Assembly: GCA_964016885.1 (NCBI GenBank)
Contig: OZ024743.1
Span: forward strand, 72,416,001-72,480,000
Length of the DNA stretch: 64,000 nucleotides
Direction of reading: 5' to 3'
Source: Eledone cirrhosa
Taxonomy: Eukaryota
Each line of letters starts with the position of its first letter. Positions within the stretch are counted from its first letter, which is position 1. The notes beneath the pieces were generated by a model, which saw only the letters and a list, made by a program, of their open reading frames with translations, had not been told where the DNA came from and made no database searches. Of the stretch, positions 13,854-28,213 are shown piece by piece. Made by a program: the position numbers and the translations under genes.

Positions 13854-15424
13854 CTAATGAATCACTACAACTACAATATCAGAAACTATAAGGATAAAAA
13901 CTTAACTCGCTGCTTTTCTTTAGCAGAATTTGTAAGATCTGTCATTTCTTTCAATGAGCATTGCCTAACAGTTTTGTCATACTGTCATACAAAATATGTG
14001 TAGTAAATATGTAATAGAATAGAACAAAAACGATCGTCAATTTGGTTCTACAATCTCGTCTTTAGAGACCACCATTTTAACAAGAGAATTAATCGTATTC
14101 AAGTTCTGACGAGATATCATGAATAATATTTTCCATATGTTAATAAATCAAATGTCTTTTTTTTTTTGTTGTTGCTAATTTGTCACAGAATCTGGTCCAG
14201 TTACTCAATATGAAGAAAAACAAAATGTTCAGTCCAAGAATAACGTAAAGATTAATATTATTTTGTTAAATTGAAATATAGAAATACTCGACTGATTGTC
14301 AATTACATCTTCGCTCATAGTCTCTTGCATTTTGGCTCTCTTTAACGCACATATTTCCACTCTCGTTTGTCTGTCAACTTCACTCATACATACACTCAAT
14401 CTATTTCATATATCATTTTAAAATTATCTATCAATATATATCTTTCTATCTGATAATTTACTTGTCTTTGCCCCTTTCTCATCCCTTTCACTTGAAATGT
14501 AAAGTTTTGTTGACAAAATAAAAAATAAAAAAAATCCTAGATCTCTTCCAGAATCCCAGCAATATATAAAACATTTGAAATGAGATATGTGCGTGTAAAA
14601 CAACATTTATGAATTTTATCCATCGGAAGAAATCAACGTCTAATGAAAACAAAAGTTATTTTGTCTAACGGAAGAAAATATATGCAAGAAAACTAACAGA
14701 AAGTCAGTAAACATGTCCTAGCAACTGAATGTGTGGAAAAGAGAAGGATTACATAGATGACACGAAAGATAACAACAAAAATAAAGAGTGTAGATAGAAG
14801 AGAAAATAATTTAACGAGAAAAATGACAACAAGACAAGAACAATCCATATTGAGGCAAAACAATGAATAAATGGAAGGATAATAATAATGGAAAAATAAT
14901 ATGATCTATAAGAAGAGAACTGGAAAGAAATGAAAATATAAGAATTGGATAAATATAAATAATAAAATCAATAAATATAATAACAAAAAAAATCTCAATT
15001 ATCGAAACACAATATAAAAGATGCGTGCAGTATAGACATGACGTAGTTGACTGTAATTGTAGATTTAAAACAATTGAATATATTCAAAAAGTATAAAAGC
15101 GTGGATGTATAATAGTATAGACAGAAATTAGTTGATAGCAAGTCTGATGAAATGTACTTGTATTTTAAAGGAGTATTCTTGTCACACGTGAATTTCCATG
15201 AGATTTACGCTAAGGGTACACGTGCCTGACAAATACCCATCCACTTACACGTTAATGTCCTCAGCAAGGTATATTGCTGAACACACATAATCGATATTGA
15301 TTGAGGCCCATCCCAATATTACACACTGTAATCCTGATGTCAATAGTAACAATGGAGATGGAGCCATTTTTTGTAAATTTTCATTGTTGGTGTCGTTGAT
15401 ATAGAGGTCGGTATAGATAGTGAT

Positions 15425-16730
15425 GGATTACATGATGGTGATGATGATGGTGATGATGATGGTGATGATGATGATGATTGTGAAGCTGGTGGTGGTGATG
15501 GTGATGATTGTGAAGCTGGGGGTGGTGCTGGTGATGATTGTGAAGCTGGGGGTGGTGATGGTGATGATTGTGAAGCTGGGGGTGGTGATGGTGATGATTG
15601 TGAAGCTGCTGGTGATGATGGTGATGGTGGTGATGGTGATGATGGTGATGATTGTGAAGCTGATGGTGGTGATGGTGATGATTGTGAAGCTGGGGTGATG
15701 ATGGTGATGGTGGTGATGGTGATGATGGTGATGATTGTGAAGCTGGTGGTGGTGATGGTGATGATTGTGAAGCTGGGGGTGGTGATGGTGATGATTGTGA
15801 AGCTGCTGGTGATGATGGTGATGCTGGTGATGGTGATGATGGTGATGATTGAGAATCTGGTGGTGATGATGGCGATGATTGTGAAGCTGGGGTGATGATG
15901 GTGATGGTGGTGATGGTGATGATTGTGAAGCTGATGGTGGTGATGGTGATGATTGTGAAGCTGCTGGTGATGATGGTGATGGTGATGGTGGTGATGATTG
16001 TGAAGCTGATGGTGGTGATGGTGATGATTGTGAACCTGGTGGTGGTGATGGTGATGTTTGTGAAGCTGCTGGTGATGATGGTGATGGTGGTGATGGTGAT
16101 GGTGGTGATGATTGCGAAGCTGGTGGTGATGATGGTGATGATTGTGAAGCTGATGGTGGTGGTGAAGATTGTGAAGCTGATAGTGATGGTGATGATTGTG
16201 AAGCTGATGGTGATGGTGATGATTGTGAGGCTGCTGGTGGTGATGGTGATGGTGGTGATGATTGTGATGATTGTGAAGCTGATGGTGGTGGTGATGATGA
16301 TGGTTGTGAAGCTGGTGGTGGTGATGGTGATGATTGTGAAGCTGGTGGTGGTGCTGGTGATGGTGACTGTAAACAACTGGTGATGACTGTGATACTGTTG
16401 GTGTTGATGGTGATGATTGTGAAGCTGATGGTGATGATGGTGAGCATTGTGAAGCTGATGGTGATGATGATGATGGTTGTGAAGCTGCTGGTTGTGGTGG
16501 TGGCGATGATTGTGAAGTTGATGGTGAGGATTGTAAAGTTGATTGTGTTGATGGTGGTGGTTGTGAAGCTGAAAATGGTGATGGTGATGAGGAGATGACG
16601 CAGATGTTGCTGGTGATACTGTTCATGATAATGATGCTGTACATGATGATGATGGTAAGGATGATGATGATATTCATGATGGTGATGCTGTACATGATGG
16701 TGATGTAGTTCACGATGTCGATAAGGATGG
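15425..16730. repeat. Compound (GAT/GGT)n array punctuated by ATTGTGAAGCTG
   Basis: Recurring ~27-45 bp units; source of the His/Ser/Thr-rich pseudo-ORFs. Confidence 0.9.
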
Positions 16731-17019
16731 TGGTGTTACTGGGGAATCAACTTGAAAGTTTAATTATGTCGATTAAAATTCTCGTTGGTATTTGAAACGA
16801 AATTAATTTGCATGCTATGGTGCATTTTTTGTGCCTGCGTTTCAGTGCATACATACATACATACATAAATATAGACATATACATACATACACATATACAT
16901 ACATATATATATATACATACATACATGCATAAACATTATAATAAACATACATACATGCATAAACATACACGTATACATACATACATACACAAACATACAC
17001 ATATACATACGTATATACA

Positions 17020-17415
17020 TGCACAGTGGCTGCCAACTCGTCATTCCGAGTACGGCCACTACTTTGTATCCATGTAGGAGAGCCCCTACCAATGCGCTGT
17101 ACGAGTGTGACTTTTTAATCCAGCCAGCGACTTGAAAACTCTGGTACAAACACTACACTTGTGACAATTATTGACACATAGTGCTAGGCCCATGGTACCA
17201 TGTGACGACAAGTGCAGAGAGATCTCTGCCGTGAAGCTTTTATAGTGAACAAAGGCACTGCACAAAGCCAGTCCCACTCTCTTAACCAAGATGATATTTA
17301 CCAAAAAGAACAAGTCAACATCATTGGATACCATCAGGGTTGCAGGTGTTATATCAGAGTTTTCCTTCTCCTAGAATTCTGTCTTGACAAAGGCTAAGGG
17401 GTCATCTCTCCCATA
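17020..17415 (-). mobile_element. Bipartite non-autonomous RTE derivative
   Basis: RTE-5'UTR-like CTAGGAGAAGGAAAACTCTGA joined to CSVCTRVFKSLAGLKSH and a 3' UTR. Confidence 0.65.
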
Positions 17416-17654
17416 TATTCATATATACATACATACATGCATAAACATACACATATACATGATGATGGCTGCCCCCTCGTTATCGAGTATGGCCATTGCA
17501 CGAGGAAAAAATATATATGTATATACATATATATATATACACACACATGTATACATACATATATATATATAGGAGTCGATCGACTTTCGTCAAATCGGAC
17601 CGAAGAAACAATGTTTCCGTTGGTCTTTCCAATTGCTAATACTATCTATCGGTC

Positions 17655-17782
17655 GCAACTCCAGGTAGAAGGAGCAACGTGAAATAAAGTGTCTTGCCCA
17701 AGGACATAACGCATCGCCTGGTCCAGGAATCGAACTCACAACCTTATGATTGCGAATCCAATTCTCTAACCACTCAGCCACA
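17655..17782 (-). mobile_element. tRNA-derived CORE-type SINE
   Basis: A box TGGCTGAGTGG, B box GTTCGATTCC, then TGTCCTTGGGCAAGACACTTTA. Confidence 0.75.
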
Positions 17783-17929
17783 CATATATACATACACATA
17801 TATTAATAACAATAATAATAATAATAACAATAATAATAAAAACGACAACAACAACAAAAATAATATACATATACATATATATATACTTACACACGCACAC
17901 ATATAAACATATCTATACACACACACACA

Positions 17930-18465
17930 CGATAGCAACTAACAGCGCTGCGATCGAATGTGGGTTTTTAGCCCAGCCAATGATCTAAAATGTCTTGCAC
18001 AGAGTCGGCAACCAAAACATTCACTGGGAATAGCCGGCTGTGGTTGGAGTTCGTGTACTTTTGCATGTCGCTTGAGCCCTCCTGCTGATTTACATTCTCT
18101 ACCACATGTTTGGCAAGCATGATGAGTAGCATCTCCAACAGCAGCCTGGTAGTCAACCACTGGTCTTACTCTATGACTGCGAAGATGACTTTCGAGTCCA
18201 GTTTTGCTTAGGCAGAGTCTCGCACAGACGCTGCATGTCAGCACCATAGGAGGACCCTCACCGTCTGGAAGTGCAACAGCAATGCCCTTCCTCACATCCC
18301 GCTTTACTTTCTCGTATGCGATTCGAGATGCCTCAAAGGCAACTTTTCTCTCATATACAGTCTTTCTCCATTTATTACGATCAGCAGCAACATTTTCCCA
18401 TGTATCAGCAGAGATGTTAGCGTCTTTCAAAGAGGCTTTCAAGGAATCCTTATACCTCTTTTTTA
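17930..18465 (-). mobile_element. RTE LINE 3' end with three C2H2 zinc fingers
   Basis: KKRYKDSLKASLK..WE..AADRNKWR, then CSVC..H..H, CQTC..H..H and CRLC..H. Confidence 0.85.
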
Positions 18466-19189
18466 CATACATACACATATACATACATACATACATATAT
18501 ACACAAACATACTCATACACATAGATACATATATACATACATACATATACATAGGTACATATATACATATATACATGCATAAAATACAGATAAACATACA
18601 TACATGCAAAAACATACACATATACACACATACATACTCAAACATACACATATACATACATACATACATACATACATACATAAACATACACATATATATA
18701 GATACATACATACATAAACATACACATATACATAGATACATAGATACATAGATACATACATACATACATGCATAAACACATAAGCATACATACATGCATA
18801 AACATACACATATACATACATACATACTTACACAAACATACACATATACATACATATATACATATATACATACATTCATTCATAAACATACATATATACA
18901 TACATACGTACACATACATACACACATACATACATGCATGCATAAACATACATATATACATGGTGGCTGCCAACTCGTATCGAGAGAGATAGATAGAGTA
19001 TGTGTGTGTGTGCATGTGTGTGTGTGTGTGAGAGAGAGAATCTGTGTGTAAATGTGTGTGTGTGTGAGGGAGAGAGAGATTGTGTGTGTGTATGAGAGTG
19101 AGAGAGTATGTGTGTGTGTGTAAAATTACGACTAATTGCAACTAGGTGTATATATGTCTAATGAACCTGTAATTATGTATTAATATATA

Positions 19190-19356
19190 ATTTCTACTTT
19201 TGGTTCAAGGCCAGCGATTACCCTAGTGTATTACTGGTACTTTATTTTATCGACCTCGTAAGGATGAAATGCAAAATTAACCTCGGTGGATTTGAACTCA
19301 GAACGTAGAGGGCCGTAACTCTATGCTAGAAAACATGGTGTCTGACGCTCTACCGA
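19190..19356 (-). mobile_element. SINE
   Basis: Family core sequence. Confidence 0.8.
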
Positions 19357-19484
19357 ATATATGTAGGAAAGTCAGGTAGTCTTTGTCATGGCAGTTTCAG
19401 TGAGAGTTATTGCAGTTCTATGTGTTGATAGTAATGTTTGCTATTGTTTAGTATTGTTGTAACTACGTTACTTTGTTTACTTCT

Positions 19485-21992
19485 GTGTCTATGTAATGTA
19501 CTGTACTGTTGTTATGTCTGTGTAATCGACTGTACTGTTGTTATGTCTATGTAGTGGACTGTACTGATGTCATGTCTATGTAATGGACTGTACTGTTGTT
19601 ATGTCTATGTAATGGACTGTACTGTTGTTATGTCTGTGTAATGGACTGTATTGTTGTTATATCTGTGTAATGGACTGTACTGTTGTTATGTCTGTGTACT
19701 GGACTGTACTGTTGTTATGTCTGTGTACTGGACTGTACTGTTGTTATGTCTATGTAAGGACTGTACTGTTGTTATGTCTATGTAATGGACTGTACTGTTG
19801 TTATGTCTATGTAATGGACTGTACTGTTGTTATGTCTGTGTAATGGACTGTACTGTTGTTATGTCTATGTAATGGACTGTACTGATGTTATGTCTATGTA
19901 ATGGACTGAACTGTTGTTATGTCTATGTAATGGACTGTACTGTTGTTATGTCTATGTAATGGACTGTACTGTTGTTATGTCTGTGTAATGGACTGTACTG
20001 TTGTTATATCTATGTAATGGATGTATACTGTTGTTATGTATATCTAATGGACTGTACTGATATTATGTCTATGTAATGGATGTATACTGTTGTTATGTCT
20101 ATGTAATGGAAGTATACTCTTGTTATGTCTATGTAATGGGTGTGTACTGTAGTTATGTATATGTAATGGACTGTACTGTTGTTATATCTATGTAATGGAC
20201 TGTACTGTTGTTATGTCTATATAATGGACTGTACTGTTGTTGTTTCTGTCTAATGGGTGTTACTGTTGTTATGTATATGTAATGTACTGTACTGTTGTTA
20301 TGTATATGTAATGGGTGTGTACTGTTGTTATGTCTATGTAATGGATGTGTACTGTTGTTATGTCTATGTAATTTACTGTACTGTTGTTATGTCTATGTAA
20401 AGGACTGTACCGTTGTTATGTCTATGTAATGGACTGTACTGTTATTATGTCTGTGTAACGGACTGTACTGTTGTTATGTCTATGTAATGTATGTACACTG
20501 TTGTTATGTCTATGTAATGGATTGTACTGTTATTATGTCTATGTAATGGATGTATACTGTTGTTATGTTTGTGTAATGGACTGTACTGTTGTTATGTCTA
20601 TGTAATGTACTGTACTGTTGTTATGTCTTTGTAATGTACTGTACTGTTGTTATGTCTATGTAATGTACTGTACTGTTTTATGTCTGTGTAATGGACTGTA
20701 CTGTTGTTATGTCTGTGTAATGGACTGTACTGTTGTTATGTCTGTGTAATGGACTGTATTGTTGTTATATCTGTGTAATGGACTGTACTGTTGTTATGTT
20801 TATGTAATGTACTGTACTGTTGTTATGTCTATGTAGTGGACTGTACTGTTATTATGTCTATGTAGTGGACTGTACTGATGTTATGTCTATGTAATGGACT
20901 GAACTGTTGTTATGTCTATGTAATGGACTGTACTGTTGTTATGTCTATGTAATGGACTGTACTGTTGTTATGTCTGTGTAATGGACTGTACTGTTGTTAT
21001 ATCTATGTAATGGATGTATACTGTTGTTATGTATATCTAATGGACTGTACTGATATTATGTCTATGTAATGGATGTATACTGTTGTTATGTCTATGTAAT
21101 GGAAGTATACTCTTGTTATGTCTATGTAATGGGTGTGTACTGTAGTTATGTATATGTAATGGACTGTACTGTTGTTATATCTATGTAATGGACTGTACTG
21201 TTGTTATGTCTATATAATGGACTGTACTGTTGTTGTCTCTGTCTAATGGGTGTTACTGTTGTTATGTATATGTAATGGGTGTGTACTGTTGTTATGTCTA
21301 TGTAATGTACTGTACTGTTGTTATGTATATGTAATGGGTGTGTACTGTTGTTATGTCTATGTAATGGATGTGTACTGTTGTTATGTCTATGTAATTTACT
21401 GTACTGTTGTTATGTCTATGTAAAGGACTGTACCGTTGTTATGTCTATGTAATGGACTGTACTGTTATTATGTCTGTGTAACGGACTGTACTGTTGTTAT
21501 GTCTATGTAATGTATGTACACTGTTGTTATGTCTATGTAATGGATTGTACTGTTATTATGTCTATGTAATGGATGTATACTGTTGTTATGTTTGTGTAAT
21601 GGACTGTACTGTTGTTATGTCTATGTAATGTACTGTACTGTTGTTATGTCTTTGTAATGTACTGTACTGTTGTTATGTCTATGTAATGTACTGTACTGTT
21701 TTATGTCTGTGTAATGGACTGTACTGTTGTTATGTCTGTGTAATGGACTGTACTGTTGTTATGTCTGTGTAATGGACTGTATTGTTGTTATATCTGTGTA
21801 ATGGACTGTACTGTTGTTATATTTATGTACTGTATTGTACTGTTGTTATGTCTATGTAGTGGACTGTACTGTTATTATGTCTATGTAGTGGACTGTACTG
21901 ATGTTATGTCTATGTAATGGACTGTACTGTTGTTATGTCTATGTAATGGACTGTACTGTTGTTATGTCTATGTAATGAATTGTACTGTTGTC
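19485..21992. repeat. 29-bp satellite array (TGTTGTTATGTCTATGTAATGGACTGTAC)n
   Basis: About 85 tandem units with 28-30 bp variants. Confidence 0.97.
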
Positions 21993-22120
21993 GTGCTATG
22001 TTTGTAATGGTACAGGTCTAAGCGAATACACATATTAAACATACACACACACACACACATATACATACAATTATATATATATATATACATGTACGCGTGT
22101 GTGTGTGTGTAACTTGTTTG

Positions 22121-22194
<74 letters not shown>

Positions 22195-22245
22195 GATGTG
22201 TGTGCTTGTGCATATATATATATATGTGAGTGTGTGTGCTCGTGC

Positions 22246-22276
<31 letters not shown>

Positions 22277-22989
22277 TACATATATACATGCACAAACACA
22301 CACATTCACATACATATATACATATATATGAACAAAGAAGATACACACACACACATGTATATATATAGATATATATGTATGTGTGTGTGTATTTATTTAT
22401 GGATTGGTTTTTAGTTTTTTCTATAGATTCAGAGACAAGCCTTAATACTTCATTTAATTGTACTGGAAATTAAAATAGAATATAAACAGCAGAAATTCTC
22501 AAATGAATTAGTAATGACTAAAGGAATGTCATAATCCATCTGTTAATACTTCAGCTTGTTGTGTTTTGTTCTCTACTTTATTAGTATTGTAATTATTACA
22601 TTATTATTGTATTGCTTGTTGTATGTATTGCATTGTTATTGTCACGTATATTCAAGTTATTTTTTTGATGATTTTTCTTCCTCTACTTCGCTTTTCTCGT
22701 TATATTTATTGTTCTCATCGCAGCCATTCCAAATCATTAAGACGGTTACTTCGCAAGCATTATGCAACGGGTTTGAACACAATTCGTGGCATCATGGGTA
22801 ACCCAAGACTTTTAAGTGAAATTGGATAAGGAAAAGTGTTTGGAAGACCGTTGCATGGACTGTATGCTTAGTTCAACGAGAAGGTCTCTCATATATTGTG
22901 ACCACTGAGTACACCGCGAAACTCCGTTAAGGGTAAATCTCGCTGTGGGATGCTCAGATATTTAAACGTTAATATTAAGTTGCTAATCC

Positions 22990-23135
22990 GTTGGCCAAAG
23001 CGCCGAATTGACAGAGTCATTAGAACTCCAGATAAAATGATTCGCGGCGTTCATTTCGGCTCTATGCTCCCTCAGTTCAATTCCCACCGATGTTAAATTT
23101 ACTTTTCATCCATTCGAGGTCGATAAATTAGTTCC
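22990..23135 (+). mobile_element. Diverged SINE
   Basis: GTTCAATTCC B box plus TTTCATCCATTCGAGGTCGATAAA. Confidence 0.6.
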
Positions 23136-24018
23136 ATAGAAACGCTGTATTCCAATACGCTGCCCCTACGTCTCCCTTAGATGTTATGGGACCATGCATG
23201 CCGTTGATGAAACAACGGTAACGCGCAGCGTCGAGACCGCCTGAGGCCCATTCAGTAACGCTAATCAAATCTCTGCTGTTATATATTTCTCTATTTCTTT
23301 ATATATTACAGACGCTAGAATCACATTGTAAAGAGTGTGTTAATTGTGCTCAACATGTTTTCTGCTATCGTTACAAGCTTTCGGGAAATTCTACTTAGAC
23401 ATTGAACATAACAAATTATACAGCTACTTCTCTTTGTTGTGGTAGTGTTAGTTGTGATGGTAGTTGTGATGGAAATTGTAACGATTGTGGTGGTAGTAGT
23501 GGTGGTGTTATATATGTTGAAGTGGTTGTGGTGATGGCCGTGGAATTTTTCTTATTTATATTCCTCTTACTATTATAGCAGTTATAGCGGTGGTGTTTTT
23601 GTTGCTGATTACGTCTGCGATGTCGGTGTTGTTTGTGTTGATGGTGATGATAATATTGGTAATGTCAGATGAAGAACAACATCAAAATAACGATACTCTT
23701 TTCAATTAATTATTCTACTTGCATGACTGTGACAGAATGATTCAGCCGTTATTAGTCGGACATTTTTGTCTGTATATATTTTTATGTATTTTTTAACCCT
23801 ACTGATATATATGAGTGCGGCTGCGTGCGTGTATCTGGTTGTTTCTGTGTGTGTGTGTGATATTGTTTTTGCTTCCACTAGTATTTGCTTCTTACTTATA
23901 TTAACGCTATATATATATATAATATACATATATTTATGGGTAAACTTTTTTCTCTTGCTATTTCCATTTCATTATTGTTGAAGATTATTTTTATTATCAT
24001 TATTATTATTTGTAGTAT

Positions 24019-24068
<50 letters not shown>

Positions 24069-24689
24069 TCATCTTTACTATTATTATTGATTGTTTATGT
24101 GACTGGACGCGTTCAACAGAACTCTCACTTGGTAGGTGATTTTTCTTGGATTAAGGAATGAAAAGCAAATTATTCGTTTTACCAACGAAATGCTTTCGGA
24201 ATATTGAAATGTCTACCTCAGGAAAGGAAAAAAAAAAATGTTCGTCTAAACGTTATATTTGTTTACTACTTTGATTTCTCCCCGATTACATTTCTATTAT
24301 TTGTTATTAAAAAAATGGCACATATGTTGCAACAAGATGGTCTTTTAGTGACAGTTATCATATATTGATATTAATCCCTCGCAATCGGCACTTTATCATG
24401 GTGATACATTCCTATACTCACTGATTGTGTATGTAAAGCTTGGTGCTCAGTAAATATCAGCAGTTATTTGGTCTCTCTGTTTAGATCCTTATAGGGATCC
24501 CACCCCAAAACTTTTCAATATTTATACATTTTCGCTGAATTTGGCCACGGTGTGTCTTTTCAAATATTCTGTTTATGTAAATTGCTTTCTATGCCCATTA
24601 CTCCAGGAAGAGCCGCTACATCTTCGAATTGAAACCACAGTTCTGATAATATGGGCATGGGTGTGTGTGTGAGAGAGCTCACACCTATG

Positions 24690-24914
24690 CAGGTTTAGCT
24701 GGCCTACTCCAAGGTATATCTCTTTGGAGGTGTCATGGGTAATTTAATGATAGAGACCCCAGTCCTATCAACTCATTTCTACAGCTGAGTAAACTAGAGC
24801 AACGTGAAATAAAGTGTCTTGCTCAAGGAAACAACACATTAACCTGTCCGAGAATTGAACTCACAACCTTTCGATTGTAATCCCAAAATGCTCTAACCAC
24901 TAAAAAATGCGCCT
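24690..24914 (-). mobile_element. CORE-type SINE
   Basis: Homologous to 17655-17782. Confidence 0.7.
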
Positions 24915-25212
24915 ATGGGCATGTGGCTAGAATGTCTCAGGAAAGAATCACTGGACAGATTTTACGGGCAAAACCATGAGGTAGACCCCGAACAAGATGG
25001 TTGGCTAACATCCACAAAACTGGCTGGTCATGCTTGGGAGTCCAGCCGGGTAATTTGTAGACGGTTGCTTCTGACAGGACCTGTTGGAAGTAGTGTTTGA
25101 GGACTCTACCCCACGACCCTCTGAAGAAGAAGAAGAAGAAGAAGAAGAAGAAGAAGAAGAAGAAGAAGAAGAAGAAGAAGAAGAAGAAGAAGAAGAAGAA
25201 GAAGAAGAAGAA
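24915..25212 (+). mobile_element. RTE LINE 3' fragment with (GAA)n tail
   Basis: Homologous to 51195-51450; GHVARMSQERIT; ends in a long GAA run. Confidence 0.75.
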
Positions 25213-25229
25213 AGCAATATATGAAAGCC

Positions 25230-26990
25230 TTTCGTTATATTAATGACTCGAATTTATTTCTCGACAAATACCGTTACATTTATGAGTGCTCTTCTGACAA
25301 TTGTGTGTTTCATGGACACTTTTTTTACACATGATATTGAGTATAATGTCATTTGCAATGTCATTAGTTTTCCTGCTGTGCGATACCTCTATCATCGTCG
25401 TGGTATGTTTACATCACCTCGGAATATATTACATGAGTGTAAATTATTTCTCTTATTTCTTATGTTAGATTTAATCAATTTAGAGTATCTGCCATACAGA
25501 ACATTTTCATAGATTCAAGGATCATCGAATGGGGCAAAATATCATGGCCTTTTTAAAATGTGCCCATGTCATATTCAGGTATCTCACCGAAAGGTACAGA
25601 CTTTTATTCTTCCGTCCTTTACGACAAGACGATCGTTTTGCTCCCATTGATTGTTTCCTGCCCTTTTTTCATCTAAAAAGGGGAAGATATTATTTAAGGG
25701 TTGATGATTTTTTCTCTGAAAGGGAATTCCTGTTAATAATCTCCAAAGCAGGTTTTGAACAGTTAATAGGCTTGTAATATCCAGCTACAGTTAATTTCTT
25801 CAGGTTCTTGATAAAATGTTGTCCGCCCTTCAATTATCCAAATTTCATGGAGGATTTTAGTTGAGGATAACTTGAAAGAATTTGATATTAGTGGTTATTG
25901 GAAAATAACAAAATTCCTTCGCATGATGGCGCTACAGTTAAGGGAATATAATATTTTGAGATATACTTACAATCTCTGAAATTCCAGGAACGAAATTGAC
26001 CGAAATTCTTGCTGGGAGAATGAACCATCTGATACATTGATGTTAGATATTCGAGCATTTTAGGATTGTGGTATTATTTTGAACATATGCTTATGTGTAG
26101 GACGGTTAATAATCCAATCTAAGCCTTTGATCATACACATTCTTCTACGATACGTGTTAGATATATAATTAAATCAATTTTCTTATATTAAACCTGTCAT
26201 CAAATATTAATTGGTGTTTACAAACCATAGAAATTTTTACTCTTCAACCCTGAGATTATCAGTAAATCTGTGTTACGCTCCATAAAATTCCATCTCCTAT
26301 TTTTAAAGCACACAGTAAGTTAGGAGAAAAACATATCAGTATAGAAACCATTTAATTTCATTGACGTCATTATTGCATCTTTGAAAATAATGAATATCAT
26401 AAGATAAAGTTTGTGTTCAAATAAGAAATCACAGGAAAAATACACTAGCGCATTTGATTTGAAGTATTGATGCTGGTTAGAACATAATTTCTTATTTTAG
26501 TTTGTGATAGGAATTCGTGATATCACTTTATTTGGGATTATGAACCACATTCCACATTATTCTTACTTACATTACATCTACTTTACTTATTATCCGCCCT
26601 AAAATGTTTATGAAATGAGTAACAGTTACGCATATCATAATATTAAGAATTGAAAATGCCCAACTTATTTCCATCCACAGTGCAATACTAATGTATTACA
26701 CAGTACGATATAACACCTAATTATATAATGCTGATATATTTTATCAGTAATATCTAAATCATCACATAGATAAAGAATGAGAAGTTGCTATTGCTCTTAG
26801 GGTATTTTCAGTATAATCCGAACTTCAGCTCTTTAAAATAGCCATGATACTGTTTTCTACGATTCAATACATTTTCTGCTTCCTAATGAAATATACTGCA
26901 GCTCAGAAATTCTAAATATTTGTTGCGGAAACATTCTTAGAGAAACTTTGATGTGAATTATAAAAATATCCAGCCTAATGTAGATACTTT
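25230..26990 (-). pseudogene. Possible decayed LRR / Toll-like receptor coding remnant
   Basis: Hand translation gives LRR-like ISELQYISLG, NLKKLTVAG..PINCS and a TIR-like YHDDDR..IANDII; many stops and frameshifts. Confidence 0.3.
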
Positions 26991-27600
26991 CTTTTTTTAT
27001 TTATGTATCAGTACACAGGAATATACTGTATGGAGTTAATTTAAAATGAAATAACTAATAATTTCTTCACGCAGAAGAAACTATTGGAGTGTAAATACGT
27101 AATCATAAACCAAGTATAAGACAGGGCTCTGAGATAAAGTGAGCTAGAAGTTAAAAAAGAATGAATGGAAGAGTGAGCAACGTCAACAACGTATACCTTC
27201 CTGCCAGATAGTTGAAACGTCTGAAAGTATATATAGAGAGAGAGTGAGGGAAGAAAATGGGATAAATAAAGGGAAAACACTAGAGAAGATTTGAAGATAG
27301 AATATAAAGAGAAATAAAACAACCAAACCAAGAAACTCAGTATGACTTGAGGTGTTCATGACTCCAAACAATATATTATGTAAATAATAGGTACGTTAGG
27401 TGTACATATAGTAGTGTATGATTCCATGTGTGTATATGTCATATACTAACGCAATATCTATAAATATAAATATCATTACGTAACGCAAGGCATATTTTCG
27501 ATAGATATTTGGTGTTCTGTGAGGCAGAGTTGAAGTTAATATTAAAAGAAAATATTGTATACAATCACAAACGAGCACGCACGCACACCCTCACATAATA
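25816..27600 (+). repeat. Local duplication, copy A
   Basis: Aligns with 28214-29990 with scattered substitutions and small indels. Confidence 0.95.
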
Positions 27601-27612
27601 TATGTATATATG

Positions 27613-27694
<82 letters not shown>

Positions 27695-27713
27695 CATATA
27701 TATATGTATATAT

Positions 27714-27801
<88 letters not shown>

Positions 27802-27806
27802 CTATG

Positions 27807-27840
<34 letters not shown>

Positions 27841-28213
27841 CATGTGTGCAGCTATAAGATATCAAATGTAAAGGTTCTGTTATTCATTTAATCCAATCAC
27901 CACCTACAGTATCGGGCTTTACAGTTGTGATTTTGATCTCTTATTCGGTTGCCTGCTTCAACCTTTGAACTTCATTCGGGATGCGTTATATATTCCTAAT
28001 ATTTTGTTGCTCAAACCGACCTTCCGTATTTCTTTAAGTTTTGAAAGTATTGTCTCCTTCAACATTTCATCAGGTGGCTAATTTCACATTTTGACGCTAT
28101 TTTAATGAGATGTGAATGTTAATAACGTAAAAGTAAACACAAACATAGACAATCGCGATCAAGCACGTGCCCGTACACAGATATGACGTATATATATATA
28201 TATAAATGATAAT

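Noticed and set aside
15144-15200. Isolated CTGATGA (also ~8540 and ~54330 on -)
   Set aside because: No correctly placed GAAA/UH or stem I.
15340-16713. 457-aa His/Ser/Pro-rich ORF
   Set aside because: All three minus-strand frames are open for long stretches because of the triplet repeat; no non-repetitive coding signature.
19485-21992. CRISPR-like array
   Set aside because: No unique spacers; plain tandem satellite in eukaryotic DNA.
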